Shown piece by piece: positions 49,801-61,969 of a DNA stretch of 64,000 nt. Each line of letters starts with the position of its first letter. Within the stretch, counting starts at the first letter, position 1. The notes under the pieces are model-generated. The model worked only from the letters and a program-made list of their open reading frames with translations, made no database searches and was not told where the DNA came from. The position numbers were made by a program, and so were the translations under genes. The stretch comes from Cenococcum geophilum (Eukaryota): contig CP158636.1 of assembly GCA_050273025.1 (NCBI GenBank), forward strand, positions 6,820,001-6,884,000. Reading direction: 5' to 3'.

Positions 49801-51194
49801 TACTCCTTAGACCTTTAATTACTTAATCCTTGTTCCCTAGGTTTCTATAGTCGTTTACCCCATCTCTTATAGGCTTCTTTTATACCACTTAGGTCTATTA
49901 GCTCTACGCTATACCATAGTTTTTAACTTAGCTTTAGTTATTATATACTCTACGCCTTATACAACTATAAAACTCTATCCTAGCCTCTCTTAGCCTGTTC
50001 CCTTTAGTAGATCTAATTATTAATCTTAATCGCTTAATCTATTAGTTCCCTTAGGGTATCCGCATCTTCCATTAGGATAATCGCGTCCTAGACTTTAGCC
50101 TTAAGTCCCTGCTTATACTATGCTATAAGCGCCCTATTATTCCACTCTACTTACGTCGCTAACGTCTAGAACTACGTTATATATTTAATTGCTGAGGTTT
50201 ATTACATAATATCTTAGAGTTTTCTTTCTACCGTAGTTACTACCTTTAGGTCTCTAAACATTTATATAAGTCGCTTCACGAATTTATTCTAGCTTAAGAA
50301 TATAAACCGTACCTCTTAGTTTATAGTTGTTATTCTATTTACCTAGATTTCTATAAGGTAAGGCTCGAACCATTTAAGTGCTCTTCCTATTAAGAACAAT
50401 CCCGCATACGCTATTTAATCCATAGGTATTACTAGCTTTACTCCCTCTTATGTAACCCTAAAGTGCATTTATATAAGGAATCCTTTAAGCTTTAATTTTT
50501 CTTCTAAGAATCTTTTAATCAATAGTAACTTAACCTTTGCTGCGCCTATCCCGTTAATCCTATTTTCTAACGTTATATTATTTTCTATTAACTAGTCAAC
50601 TATCTCTTATAGCTGTTCGACTGTTATAGGTTACTGTGAGTTAGTATCTGCTATACTAGTGTCGTTACCTAACCTTAAAGTAGTTGCCGCCGTCAATAGC
50701 GTTATGGTGGCTGCTTTTAGTGGCATGTTATTTAACTTTCTGTACTTAATACTATAACTAGGTAGTAATTGTGTAACGGAACCTTATAGCAAGAACTACA
50801 ATAGGCTTATTATTAGGCTAGGTGTATAGGTAATATAAGTTAAAGTTAATAACGTAATAATAACTGGTGGAGTAGTTGCCTAACAGATTAACTCTAATTG
50901 TATTCTGAGAATTACTATAAGGAAGGAACTATCTAGGTAGGGACTAAGGGTCCTTAAATATATAACCGTACTCCTATAAAATCCTTCTTATATGTAATGT
51001 ACGTCTTATATATAAGGTATATAAGTTCCTCTTATTTCTCCCGTTTAATACGTAGCATATTATATAACTTCGGTTACTATTCCTCGTCACATAGTTCTAC
51101 CGGTTTTATCCTAAACCGTGCCTAAATTAACTAACTAGCTTCTTCCGACTCTTCCCTAAGTAGTCGTAACATAGTACTTAAAGCATCCGTAACA
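43811..51194 (-). mobile_element. Ty3/Gypsy (chromovirus) LTR retrotransposon, family A copy 1, 3' LTR missing
   Basis: 5' LTR 50772-51194 (TG...CA). Minus-strand gag (~50730-47750), protease ALIDSGA (~47650), RT VYLDDIIIY (~46690), integrase QTDGQTERLNQTLEQYLR (~45120), chromodomain VKW.GY..TTWEP.ENL (~44460). Homology to copy 2 stops at ~43811. Confidence 0.92.
50772..51194 (-). repeat. LTR of Gypsy family A (423 bp)
   Basis: tgtaacgg...ccgtaaca; aligns with 61970-62391. Confidence 0.92.
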
Positions 51195-51199
51195 CTAAA

Positions 51200-51950
51200 T
51201 AGTAACTCTTTCTCCCTTAGCTCTTTAAGCTCTCCCTAAATAGTAAAAGTAATACTAGCACCCACTATACCGCGCTTCTCTATCTCTTTAGTATAGATAT
51301 TTAGGATATTAGTATCCTCTAGAAGTTTATTAAGGAGCTCCCTTACTCTTTTTTTCTTTAGTGCCTTACGTAAACCTTTAGCTATTATAATTTATTTAAG
51401 CGCTAGGTCTCCTATAGACATCTACTATAGCCTAAAACGGTTAATAATTACCCAAACCTACTCTATAGCGGATATCTTCTTAGCGGATATTACGGATATT
51501 ATGGGTATTTTATTAACACCTACTTTTTTATCCTCTTAGGGATCTATATAGTTTAGTAGTAGTAAGTAGGCTATTAAGGACTGCTATTAAGCTGCGGATA
51601 GCGATGGGGGAGATAATAGGGGAGACGATAGGGGAGACGATGGGGGAGACGATGGGGGTAGGATAAGACGGCTGATGCCCTTAGGCACTATATCCGCTAT
51701 ATCTCTTAATCCTTTAGCGGTATTAGTTAATAGAGAGGGTAGTTTATTATTAAAAGCTTAAGAAGACTGGCTCCTGCTAGACGAAATAGAGGGGTTTCTT
51801 TAACGCCTTTTAGATACGCCTATAGCTGGCAGTTAGTTTTAGAAAATCTATTAATTAGAGAGCTAATTAAGGTAATTCTAATATAGGTATTAACAGGATA
51901 ATAGACGTAGCGGTTACTTACATTAATTTTATTAAAGTTAATGGTTTGCC
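51200..51950 (-). pseudogene. Hypothetical gene relic divergent from the Crypton recombinase, with 12-bp repeats (PIVS)
   Basis: ggggagacgatR repeats at ~51606-51658; intron-like gtaagt at ~51920. Interrupted at 51194 by the Gypsy A LTR. Confidence 0.3.
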
Positions 51951-52868
51951 TTACATAAACAGACCGGCTTAGCTTCTAAAAGCTTGCTAAAGTGGCTTAG
52001 ACTAAGAAATAGATAGATTGATTAAATAGGTTAGCTTGCGGATATTCGATTATCCGCGTAGCGGATATTTATTGGTTTCTTGGTCTAAGTATGCTGAGTT
52101 AAGTCCCGCCCGTTTATTTACCCTATGTGGTAAGGTCACTTATTTGCTCTCGCTGAGCGGCTGGTAAGTAGGTATGCTTTCTCTACCTCTCCCCCCCGGT
52201 CTACATCTGCGTATATAAAAAAAATAGGAACCCCCCCTAAGGCGCGGCTTCTCTAGCAGCGTCCTACGTATTTTAAAAATGGCGTTAATTAGTTACGTAA
52301 AGATTAACGTCGCGAATAATACCAAACTATGCGCTAACGCGTAGAGTATCCTTACCCTTATGCGTTCTAAGAGGCCTAAAAATATATCTCTAAATTATAA
52401 GCTAAAGCAGAAAGAGTTTAAGGTAGGTAGGTAGGTGCTTTACGGAGCAGTATACTTATAACTAACGTGCGTCTTCCTAGGCCTTTTGCAAGCGGAAGTA
52501 GTACTATAATAGTAATACCGTTACGGAAGAGAAGCTACTTCTTTTCCTTGTTAAGGAGGTTATAGGCCAGCTACTAAAAGTGAAAAACTATAAGGCTAGC
52601 GACGGCGTGCCCTAGGACGAGACGCGGCTCTCCTAGCGCTTAGCTTACGGCTATATTACTACCCTAATAGACCTTTACTGGATATAGAAGGGTATAGGGA
52701 TAAATAGCCGCTAGTTCCCGCGGGAGGATAATATTAGGGATTACCTAGAGGTTCTATAATAGAGGGACGCGTAGTGGGAAAAGGAGTAGTTTATAGATAA
52801 GGGTAGGGATATACTACTTAATGGATATATAGAGGACGAGTTTAAGAGTGTCTACCACGAGCTATAGG

Positions 52869-55800
52869 TATTATGGCACTGGCGGAAAACGGCAGAACTT
52901 AGTGGCAGAACTTAGTAGAACTTTGCGGTTACGTGACTAGAGGACCATATAAAAGAACCCTACTTTAACTGGCGCTGCTCTTCTTCTCCTTTCCTTTCCC
53001 TAGCTTTAGATTCTCGTTTATAGACAATCTAATTATACAGGCTTGCTCATCCCTTATACCGTGCTTATGCCTTAATTAACTAAGTCGTTAACATTATCTA
53101 AAGCTTAAACCACCCTTTCTTCCTAAGAAGGAACTTAAATATATCTATAGGACCATAAATAGGATAAGAACACAGAATAGGACCCTAAGGATATTACTAG
53201 AACCTTAAGAAAAGGACTTATAAAACACGCACAGACTAGAACCCTTAAAGAAATTACCCGGAATTACCTAATACCTTAGCACTATACTATAAAACATAGT
53301 AGTAGGTAAAGCAGCTATAGGACCCATAAACGTCTTAGATAAAGAAATAATTAATATCTCGACCCCTTAGGCAGAGCTTATAGCAGCTAATACTAAAATT
53401 AAATAACTATAAGAACTACTTAAAACTAGAAGCACCTCTATATCTAGCAAGGACCTATTAAACAGACTTACTATAATCCTTAAGGCCCTAGCCTAATGTA
53501 TAGCATTAGGATCGTCGTGGTCCGTAAAGGTCGCGGACCCCCCATTACTTATAGACGGAGTTAACCCTATATTTAATAATTAGAAGCTTTAATTATAGGA
53601 TAAGCTTAAAGTTAATACGGACTACTTCCCTACTACTTAAGCTAAAATAGCCTACGTTTTCGGCCGTACCGGTGGAGATGTATAGATATATCTACGTCCG
53701 CGATACGCCTAGGACTTAGCAGAACTCTTCCTCTCTAAAGAAGAAATAATTAACTACCTATCTTCTATCTATAAGGACCCTTTTAGGGCATAGAACGCCC
53801 GCCTTAGCTATAAAAGTCTAAATATAAAAATAACGGAGACCTTTTTAGCCTTTTAGACCCGCTTCTTATACCTAGCCGGATAAGCCTAGATTCCCTAGGA
53901 AGACCTACTTCTAGACCTTTTTAATAAGCTTACCCTAGACCTACAGCGGGCCGTACTATTAGCTTTTACTACTATATAGACGTTAAAAGAACTTATAGAC
54001 TACTGCCTAGCTATTAACTAAGGCCTCCGTTAAATTAAGGTACAAGCTACCCGGATAAAGGCTAGGAATCCCCTAAATTAAGCTATAAGCAATATAAGAA
54101 CGGCCTATAATACCCCAGTTTAATCTATAACGCCTATTACACTAGCCGCCAACCTAGCAATTAGCTGTATAGCTAGCCCTACTGCGGGCTAAGCGCTTAC
54201 TTAGCCTACCTACAGTAACCCCTATATATAGGCCCTTAGCGATTAAGGGGCTTACTTCTTATACGGTTAAAAAGGCTACCCTATAAGGAACTGCCTAATA
54301 AAGGCAAAAGCGGATAAGGTTTTATTAATCCAGAAGGATAATACGGAGTTAGAAAAAGAGAAACCCTAGAGAAAAACTCCTCTTTAGGGTTAAAAGGGAT
54401 TAATATATTATATGTTAATCTAGGTTAGCTAATTAGTAGAAGAAGCTGCACTATCCCTTATACTTTATTCCGCAATAAATACCAAGTTTTAACCTCTACC
54501 TTAGCTAACTCTAGAGTAAATGCCTTTACCCTATTTAACACCTAGTGTGCTGTAAAGCTAGCTAACTTTCTTAATGTACCTATTGAAGACCTACCTAAAC
54601 TAATTCCTATTCGCGGGTATAATGGACGGGTAAGGTAACCTATTATAAGTATTTTGTAAATATACCTCTACGTTAATAGGCGAAGGTAGTATAACGTCCC
54701 CTTCCTAATTACGGACCTTAGAAGCTATAATATAATCTTAAGGAGAAAATAGCTAGCCTATTTAGGCTTATAGCTTAACGTATAAAGTAGACAGCTTATC
54801 TAGCCTAAAACCTGTTACGGCTCGTATAAATGCCTCTGAACCGAAGCTTGTAGAATGCTGTATTACGAAGATACTAAGCTAAGGAGCAGAGAAGGTCGAG
54901 GAAAGGACATGTCTATATATAGGCGCCAAGTCTCCAAGCGAGCCCCTAACTAGGGTCTATAACAATGCCGTGACATCACCCCCTCCTTTAAGAAAGCCTG
55001 CCCTCAGGCTTTATATAAGCCCCTTATTAGAAAAGAGAGAAAAAAAGAAATTTGGCATTTAGGCGCTCGATCGCGATGTCGGTTAACCTAGGACTTGCAG
55101 TAGTCCTGCAGCTCCTGCTGCTGTGGGGGTATATCACTATACCTGGTTGACGTAGGGCAGGCAGCCGTCCTACAGCTCCTGTGAGGGGTATATTGCTATA
55201 CCCAGTTGACGTAGGGCAGGCAGCCGTCCTGTAGCTCCTGCTGCTGCGAGAGGTATATCGCTAGGAGCCCTCCGTTGGTCGTCGTTCCTCCTTTAGAACT
55301 CCGGTACCTCCTAGCTCTACTATCCCCCCTTTTGTTATGGCGCGCCCCGAGCCATAAAAAAAGCCCCCCTAATCCCCCTCTTATAAAAAGGTAGGTGAAA
55401 AGGTTTTAATAAGGGTGGGAGGGTTAGGGAGTTGTAGCTCGCATATATATCGGCACGAGCTCTTGTCCGTTTGGTAGTAGTACGGTGCTAGCGACAAAGT
55501 CGTATTCTAGGGAGCAAAACTCTACCTAGTTGTGTTTGGGCCGCAGGCGTATTGGCACGGTGTCTTATTGGTGGTGGTTCGCAGGCGTATCGGCGCGGTG
55601 ACTTGTCGGGATTGTAGCAGTATAGTGCTAGCGACGGGCCATATTTTAGGGAGCAAAGCTCTACCTTGTATACAGTTATTACTGCAGGCGGAGCAGTAGA
55701 AGTTGGTTGGCTGCAGGTAGGGCAGTAAGTGGTCGATTAGCCGCAGGTAAAGCAGTAAGGGTTGGTCGACTGCTGATAAAGCAGCGAGGGTTGGTTAGCT

Positions 55801-58800
55801 GTAGGTAGAGCAGTAAGGGTTTATTGCGATAGTAGGTGTATCGGCGCTATCATTATCTGGTTCTAGCAGTACGGTGCTAGTGATAGGGTCGTTTTCCGTA
55901 GGCAAATCGGCACGGAATCTTGTCGGCTCGTATGCGTATCGGTACAAGTCTCTTGTCAGATTCGCAGGCTTATCGGCACGAGGTTTTGTCGGTTTGGGCA
56001 GTACAGTGCCAGCGACGGGGTTCGGGCGCAGGCGTATCGATGCGGCGCTTGTCGGTCGGGTAGCAGTACGGTGTAAGCGTCAGGTAGTAGATAGCAGGCG
56101 TATCGGCGCTATCGTTGGTCGATTGATCGCAGGCGTATCAGCGCGATCGTTCGGTCGGTGGATTGTAGGCATAACGACACAATCGGTTAGTCGGTTTGCA
56201 TTCGAACCACGTTCGGGCCGTATTCGAATCGCAGGCGTATCGCAGGCGTATCGCAGGCGTATCGGCGCGATCGTTCGGTCAGTGGGACTGTAGGCGTACT
56301 GGCACAGCCGTGGTCTAGTTCGTGGTGTCGCAGGCATATCGGCACGACAGGTTATCGGGTTCGGGGTTTGGGGTAGCAGTACGGTGCAAGCGTCAGGTCC
56401 TTCCTAATTGATTTCGTCTCTCCTTGTACGGCTCAGTATCAATCAGGGTGGTTATCGCAGCGTAGTAGCTAGGGGATAACGGGTAGGATTCGTTTTAGAG
56501 GATACCGTGGATAACATACACCTACCGCCCAATGGCACGGCTCGGGTTATAAGTTAGCTTGTTTTGGCTGTCGGCCCGAACCTAATGCATACTAGAGGAC
56601 TTCGTGGATAACATGCACCTACCGCCTAATAGCACGGCTCGGGTTATGTCTCGGCTTATCTTAGCCAACACTACGGGATTAGTTCTAGGCTTAGTGATAG
56701 GATTATAATGTCGTTCTCTATAGTACTAGGCTAAGTTTCAACCGAGGTCGTCTCTGAAGCTTATACAACTCCGTATTAGTCGAAAAGGTTAGGGGGGGTT
56801 CTAGAGAGCCGCGCTTAATCTAGTAGGGTAGTAGTAGGCTGCAAGCCATCGTATCCTTAGCCATCGAAGTCGGCATTTAATCGTAACCGCAGGAGACCTT
56901 CTAGCTGCTTGAATACCGGCTCCCGGTTTAATAATAGCGACTCGACGCATCGATGACGCGCAGCTAGGGGTGTTTAACGCGTGTTCTCCGCAAGAACACG
57001 TGGGACGGGGGTAGGAGATTATCTAGGCCTTCCTAGGCGAGGTAAAGAGGGAGCTTTAAAACGAATAAAGTCCCCCCCGGGTGGGTGAGCTTAGTATAAT
57101 GTTACGGCTCGTACAATTGCCTCTAAACCGAAGCTTGTAGAATGCTGTATTATAAAGATACTAAGCTAAGGAGCAAAAAAGGTTGAGGAAAGGACACGTC
57201 TATATACAGGCGCTAAGTCTCCAAGCGAGCCCCTAACTAGGGTCTATAACGGTGCCGTGACAAAACCCTACCCCTAACCCCTTCTTTTATAAAAGAAATT
57301 AGCATTATAATGGAAAACCTAGTATAACCCTAGATTAATACTATCTACTAGGCTAACACTATACGTAGAGACTAGGCCTTTAAGAAGGATATATAGCTTA
57401 ACCTACAACGGATCCGTATACTACGCTGCCCCTAGACTACCTATATTACGCCACCCACACCATAGACTTAGGAAGTTAACAGTAACCTACTTAAGTCCCC
57501 GGTAGAGAACCTAGGCCCTATATAGCTATAATAGAAGGCTAGGAATATTAGACGGTATACTAAACTAATAGACCGAAAGGATAACTTATGGAAAATAGAA
57601 CGTGAGCTAAGGAAGATTATAAACCCTATACCGCAAAATACGGCCTAATAAATATCCGTAAAGAAACCTACGGACCTCCTACTAGTTAATATCTACTATA
57701 TTAGCGCTATAGGATTCTACTAGAACTTAGTTTAGCTAGATACCGTTACCTTTATAACTAGCTTATATAAAATTAATTAAATAATTAAAGAAAAAGAGAC
57801 CCTAGCCTAAGAAGAGGATAAGCTTATAGATAAGGAGCTAGTAGAACGGAAACTACCCTATTAGTACCGAGAGTTTAAGGATATATTCTCTAAGGCAGCC
57901 TCTAATATACTTCTACCCTACTAACTATACAACTATAAGATCGAGATTAAACTAGATAAGAAAAATATCCTTAGCTATACCCCCCTTTATAAACAATCTA
58001 TTGCCGAATTATAGGCTACTAAGTAGTATATTATAGACAACCTAGTAAAGGGGTTTATTAAGCCTAGTTAGGCCCTATTTTTTTTAATAAAAAGCCAAAT
58101 AAAGGACTTCGTTTCTACATTAACTACTATAAGCTTAATAATATAACCTACAAAGACCGTTATCCGCTACCCTTACTAGATAAGATGCTAGCCTAAATAA
58201 ATAGAGCTAAGGTATTTACAAAGCTTAATATCCGCTAGGCCTTCTACTAAATTAGGATAAACCCTAGATCTATAGACCTTATTACATTTTAGACTTAATA
58301 CGGATCGTATAAATATAAAGTACTTCCCTTTAGACTAACTAACGGACCTACTATATACCAACGATATATAAACGATATACTCTTTAACTACCTTAATGAC
58401 TTCTATACAGCCTACCTAAATAATATTATAATTTACTCTAAAAACAAGTTAAAATACAAGGAGCACGTCTATAAGGTCCTATAATAGCTCTATAACGCTA
58501 GCCTCCAGGCCAATATCAAGAAGTTAGAGTTTAGTATAAAGTAAATAAAGTACTTAGGGTTTATTATTAGTATAGACGGAATTAAGGCAGACCCGGAAAA
58601 AACGGCCGTAATTAATTAATAGAAACTACTATGGACCGTAAAAGGGATATAGTCATTTCTAGGCTTCTATAACTTCTACTAACGCTTTATTAAAAACTAT
58701 AGCAGGATTACTCGGCCCCTTAGCCGCCTTATAATAAAGGACTAGCCCTTCTACTTTAACACTGTATATAGGCAGGCTTTTAATAAACTTAAGAAACGGC

Positions 58801-61180
58801 TAATCTCCGCTCCTTTACTCGCCCACTTTAACCTAGAACGGCCCTTAATACTAGAAACGGATGCCTTAGATGGTGTTATTATTGGCATTTATTCCCAAAA
58901 GTAGACGGACGGGAAATAGCACCCCATTACTTACTACTTAAAGACTATAGTAGATACTAGGCTAAACTACCCAATTTATAATAAAGAAATGTTGGCTATT
59001 ATCTATAGCTTTTAGCACTGGCGAGTATAGCTAGAAGGGACCCCCAAACCTATTTAAGTGGTTTTAGATTATAAGGCCTTAGAATATTTTATAATAATAA
59101 AAGCCCTTACGGCCTAGTAAGCGCGCTAGGCGGATATCCTATCTTAGTTTAACTTCCTAATTATATATAGGCCCAGCGCCACTAACTGTGCGGACGCTCT
59201 TATAAGGCGTAAACAGGACCTAAATAACTAGATAGCCGCGAAGATCTTATTACAGACCTAGACGCTACTATAACTAGAGCACCTTAACCCTTAAATACGG
59301 GAAGAACTAAGTACTAAATCTTTAAGCGCCGAGATATATCCTATTAACCCTATGGAATTTGACCTTATTAATAAACTACTATAAGTAAACCATACGGACC
59401 CTTCTCTACAGGAGTACCGCGAAAAGGTAAAGGATATTACTAGCCTATAGTCCCTTAAAAATAGACTACTTAAGCACTAAAAACGTCTAGTAGTAGTAGA
59501 AGAATAGAACTTATAAACCCGGCTTATTACCAAAGCATATACCCAGGTCTCTACGGCCTACCCTAAAAAAAAAAAACCTGTAAGATTATTAGTAACCGTT
59601 ACTACTAGCCCAAAAGAGTTATGGATATTAACCGTTATATACAGAACTGCAACAACTGCCGTAGGTTTATAATCCCATAAGATAAGACCCCAGGACTATT
59701 AAAGCCACTCCCAATACTAGAGCGCCCCTAGCAGTATATCTCTATAAACTTCTACAAACTACTAGTAGACCGTAACGGTTACGATATAGTTATAATCTTA
59801 GTTAACCATTTTAGTAAACGCCCTTTCTTAATCCCCTGTTATAAGAATATTAATGCTAAAGAGGCGGCCTAACTATATATCTACTATATCTACCAAATTT
59901 ATGGACTATTAGACACTATTATATTAGACCGCGGACCGCAGTTTATATTAGCTTTTTAGAATGAGTTTACCCGAATCCTAGGAATTAGGCTAAAGCTTTC
60001 TAATGCGTACCACCCCTAGATAGATGGCTAGACGGAAATTATAAATTAATACTTAGACTAGAGACTTCAGCCCTTTATTAACTACTTTTAGGATAATTAG
60101 AATAAACTACTACCCCTTATAGACTACGCCCAGGTGACCCTACCCCATAACTCTATAGGATTTACACCTATCTAACTAGAAATAGGGTATTTACCCTAAA
60201 TAAGCTTTAACTAGGATAGGCTAGAAGGACCACAGACTGTATATAAGAAACTATCTTATAAGGAAGCCTAGTAGTACGCTAAGCGCTTAGAAGAAGCCTA
60301 GACGGTAGCCTGTATAGACTTAGAAAAGGCTTAGAAATTAATATAATAGTAGGTAAATAAGTATAGGCGAGAGCCTAACTTTACCGTGGGTAATATAGTT
60401 TGGGTTATAACAAAAAAACTAAAAGATAGAACGGCCTAGCCGTAAGCTAGACTATTAGATAGCAGGGCTGTATATAGTCCTTAAGAAAATAGGCAACTTA
60501 TATAAAGTAAAGCTCCCAGATTTAATTAAGGTTCACCCTATCTTCTTACTAAATAAGCTACGGAAGGCCGCAAATAACCTATTACCTAGATAAAAGAACA
60601 AACCTCCCCTACTGATTTAAGTTAGTAGCGATAACGAATAGGAAATTAAAGAAATACTAGCCTATAAACTAGTATGGAAAACGTTAAAGTACTGCGTTAG
60701 TTGGAAAGGCTATAACCTAAATCCTACTTAGTACCCTATATAGAACTTTATCGGCAGTCCCTATAAGCTTTAAGAATTCTATAGCCGTTACCTAGTAAAC
60801 TAGGACCCCTAAAGTACCTAGACGGGTAGATAGAGTGCTAGTATAGCGAAGATAATAGGCTACCGGAAGAACATAAAGATAAGAACGCCCTATGGGTATA
60901 ATACGGATATATAAAGCCTAAGGGCAGGCTTTTACGGAGGGGGGGGGGGGAGTAATATTACGGCACTAGCAGAAAACGGCAGAACTTAGTAGCAGAACTT
61001 AGTAGAACTTTGCGGTTACGTAACTAGAGGACTATATAAAAGAACCCTACTTTGACCGGCACTGCTCTTCTTCTCCTTTCCTTTCCCTAGCTTTAGATTC
61101 TCGTTTATAGACAATCCAATTATATAGGCTTGCTCGTCCCTTATACCGTACTTATGCCTTAATTAACTAAGTCGCTAATA
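52869..61180 (+). mobile_element. Full-length Ty3/Gypsy chromovirus, family B
   Basis: 225-bp LTRs (52869-53093 and 60956-61180), 5-bp TSD ATAGG on both sides, G-rich PPT at ~60937-60955. gag ~53300-54370; RT AYL.DI.IYS (~58410); RNase H LETDA.DG (~58850); integrase SDRGPQF (~59925); chromodomain (~60640-60780). Confidence 0.95.
54813..57262 (-). mobile_element. Non-autonomous LTR element (TRIM/LARD-like, 2.45 kb) nested in Gypsy B pol
   Basis: 163-bp LTRs (54813-54975 and 57100-57262; tgttacgg...ccgtgaca), TSD AAACC, minus-strand PPT aaaggagggggtga beside the left LTR. No RT or integrase motifs seen inside. Confidence 0.9.
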
Positions 61181-61969
61181 ATAGGCCCGCGAAGACTCCT
61201 TACTAGAATACTCTATACGCTTATAGATATCCTACTAGGCTACTATATACTTACCCACGGCGGTAACTAGCGCTCTGCTAAGATCTTAGACCTATTTACC
61301 TTTAAGTTTAAGGGGGAAGGCACTATACGCTATATACCCCTAATATTTACTATACGCGCTAGTAAATAGAACTAGTACGGCCGCCTTAAGACTATTAGGG
61401 CTCTATATATTAAGAAGCCACTTATTTATATACTTAGTAGGCTAGTTTTCTACCTTTTATACCGCTAGGACTTTAGTAATAAGCCGTTCCTAGACTTTAG
61501 TAAGCAGTTAATATAGTATAATATCCGCCTAATTAAGGGCAGCGCTAGGGACTATAAGGTGGCCTTCTTATATAACTTATAGTAGGAGTAGGTTACTAAG
61601 GCGTTCTAGTCTATTAACGTCTTCTTATAGAAGAAGACCTATATTAGGCGAAGCGCTAACACTAAAATAGTAGAGCTAAAAGGGGTTAGCAAGGACTAGA
61701 TTAAACGCGCTAATAGATAGAACTAGGAGTAGATAGTTAGCTATTACTTAAACTCGCTACCATGGGAGTTTATACGGATAATAGCTAGCTATTTACTATA
61801 AATAGGCTGCTTTAAGATTTGTAGGGTAAGCGTCGCCCCCCCCCTGGCGTACTACTATTAGTAGTCTAGCTAGAGCTAAACGTCTAGAAGGGTTAGTTTA
61901 GCCCTTAGGTTAGCTAGGTTAATAACCTTACAGCTATAGGCGCTATAAGCCTCCTATTTTACCTCTAGG

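Larger units (their letters stand above)
52279..61969 (+). pseudogene. Crypton-type tyrosine recombinase (NDC10/CBF3-like domain), split by Gypsy B and cut by Gypsy A copy 2
   Basis: ATG at 52279; RPKNT..NYEPKQKEF, intron, DGDTVTEEKLLLFL..EV...YVTAL.DLY..QK...ADKGRDTLLDGYTEDE; [Gypsy B]; LLGHYMLTRGGDRRSAEISDLF.FEF.GEG...GKQNQHGRLET.GALR...FYLLYRWD...KKTHIGRS..AKMAEL.GV..DQI.RA.RWN..M..CYL.SLPREFMR.MAG (reverted). Confidence 0.88.

Noticed and set aside
55874..56337. ORFs inside the small LTR element
   Set aside because: They are low-complexity translations of internal repeats with no gag or pol motif recognised.
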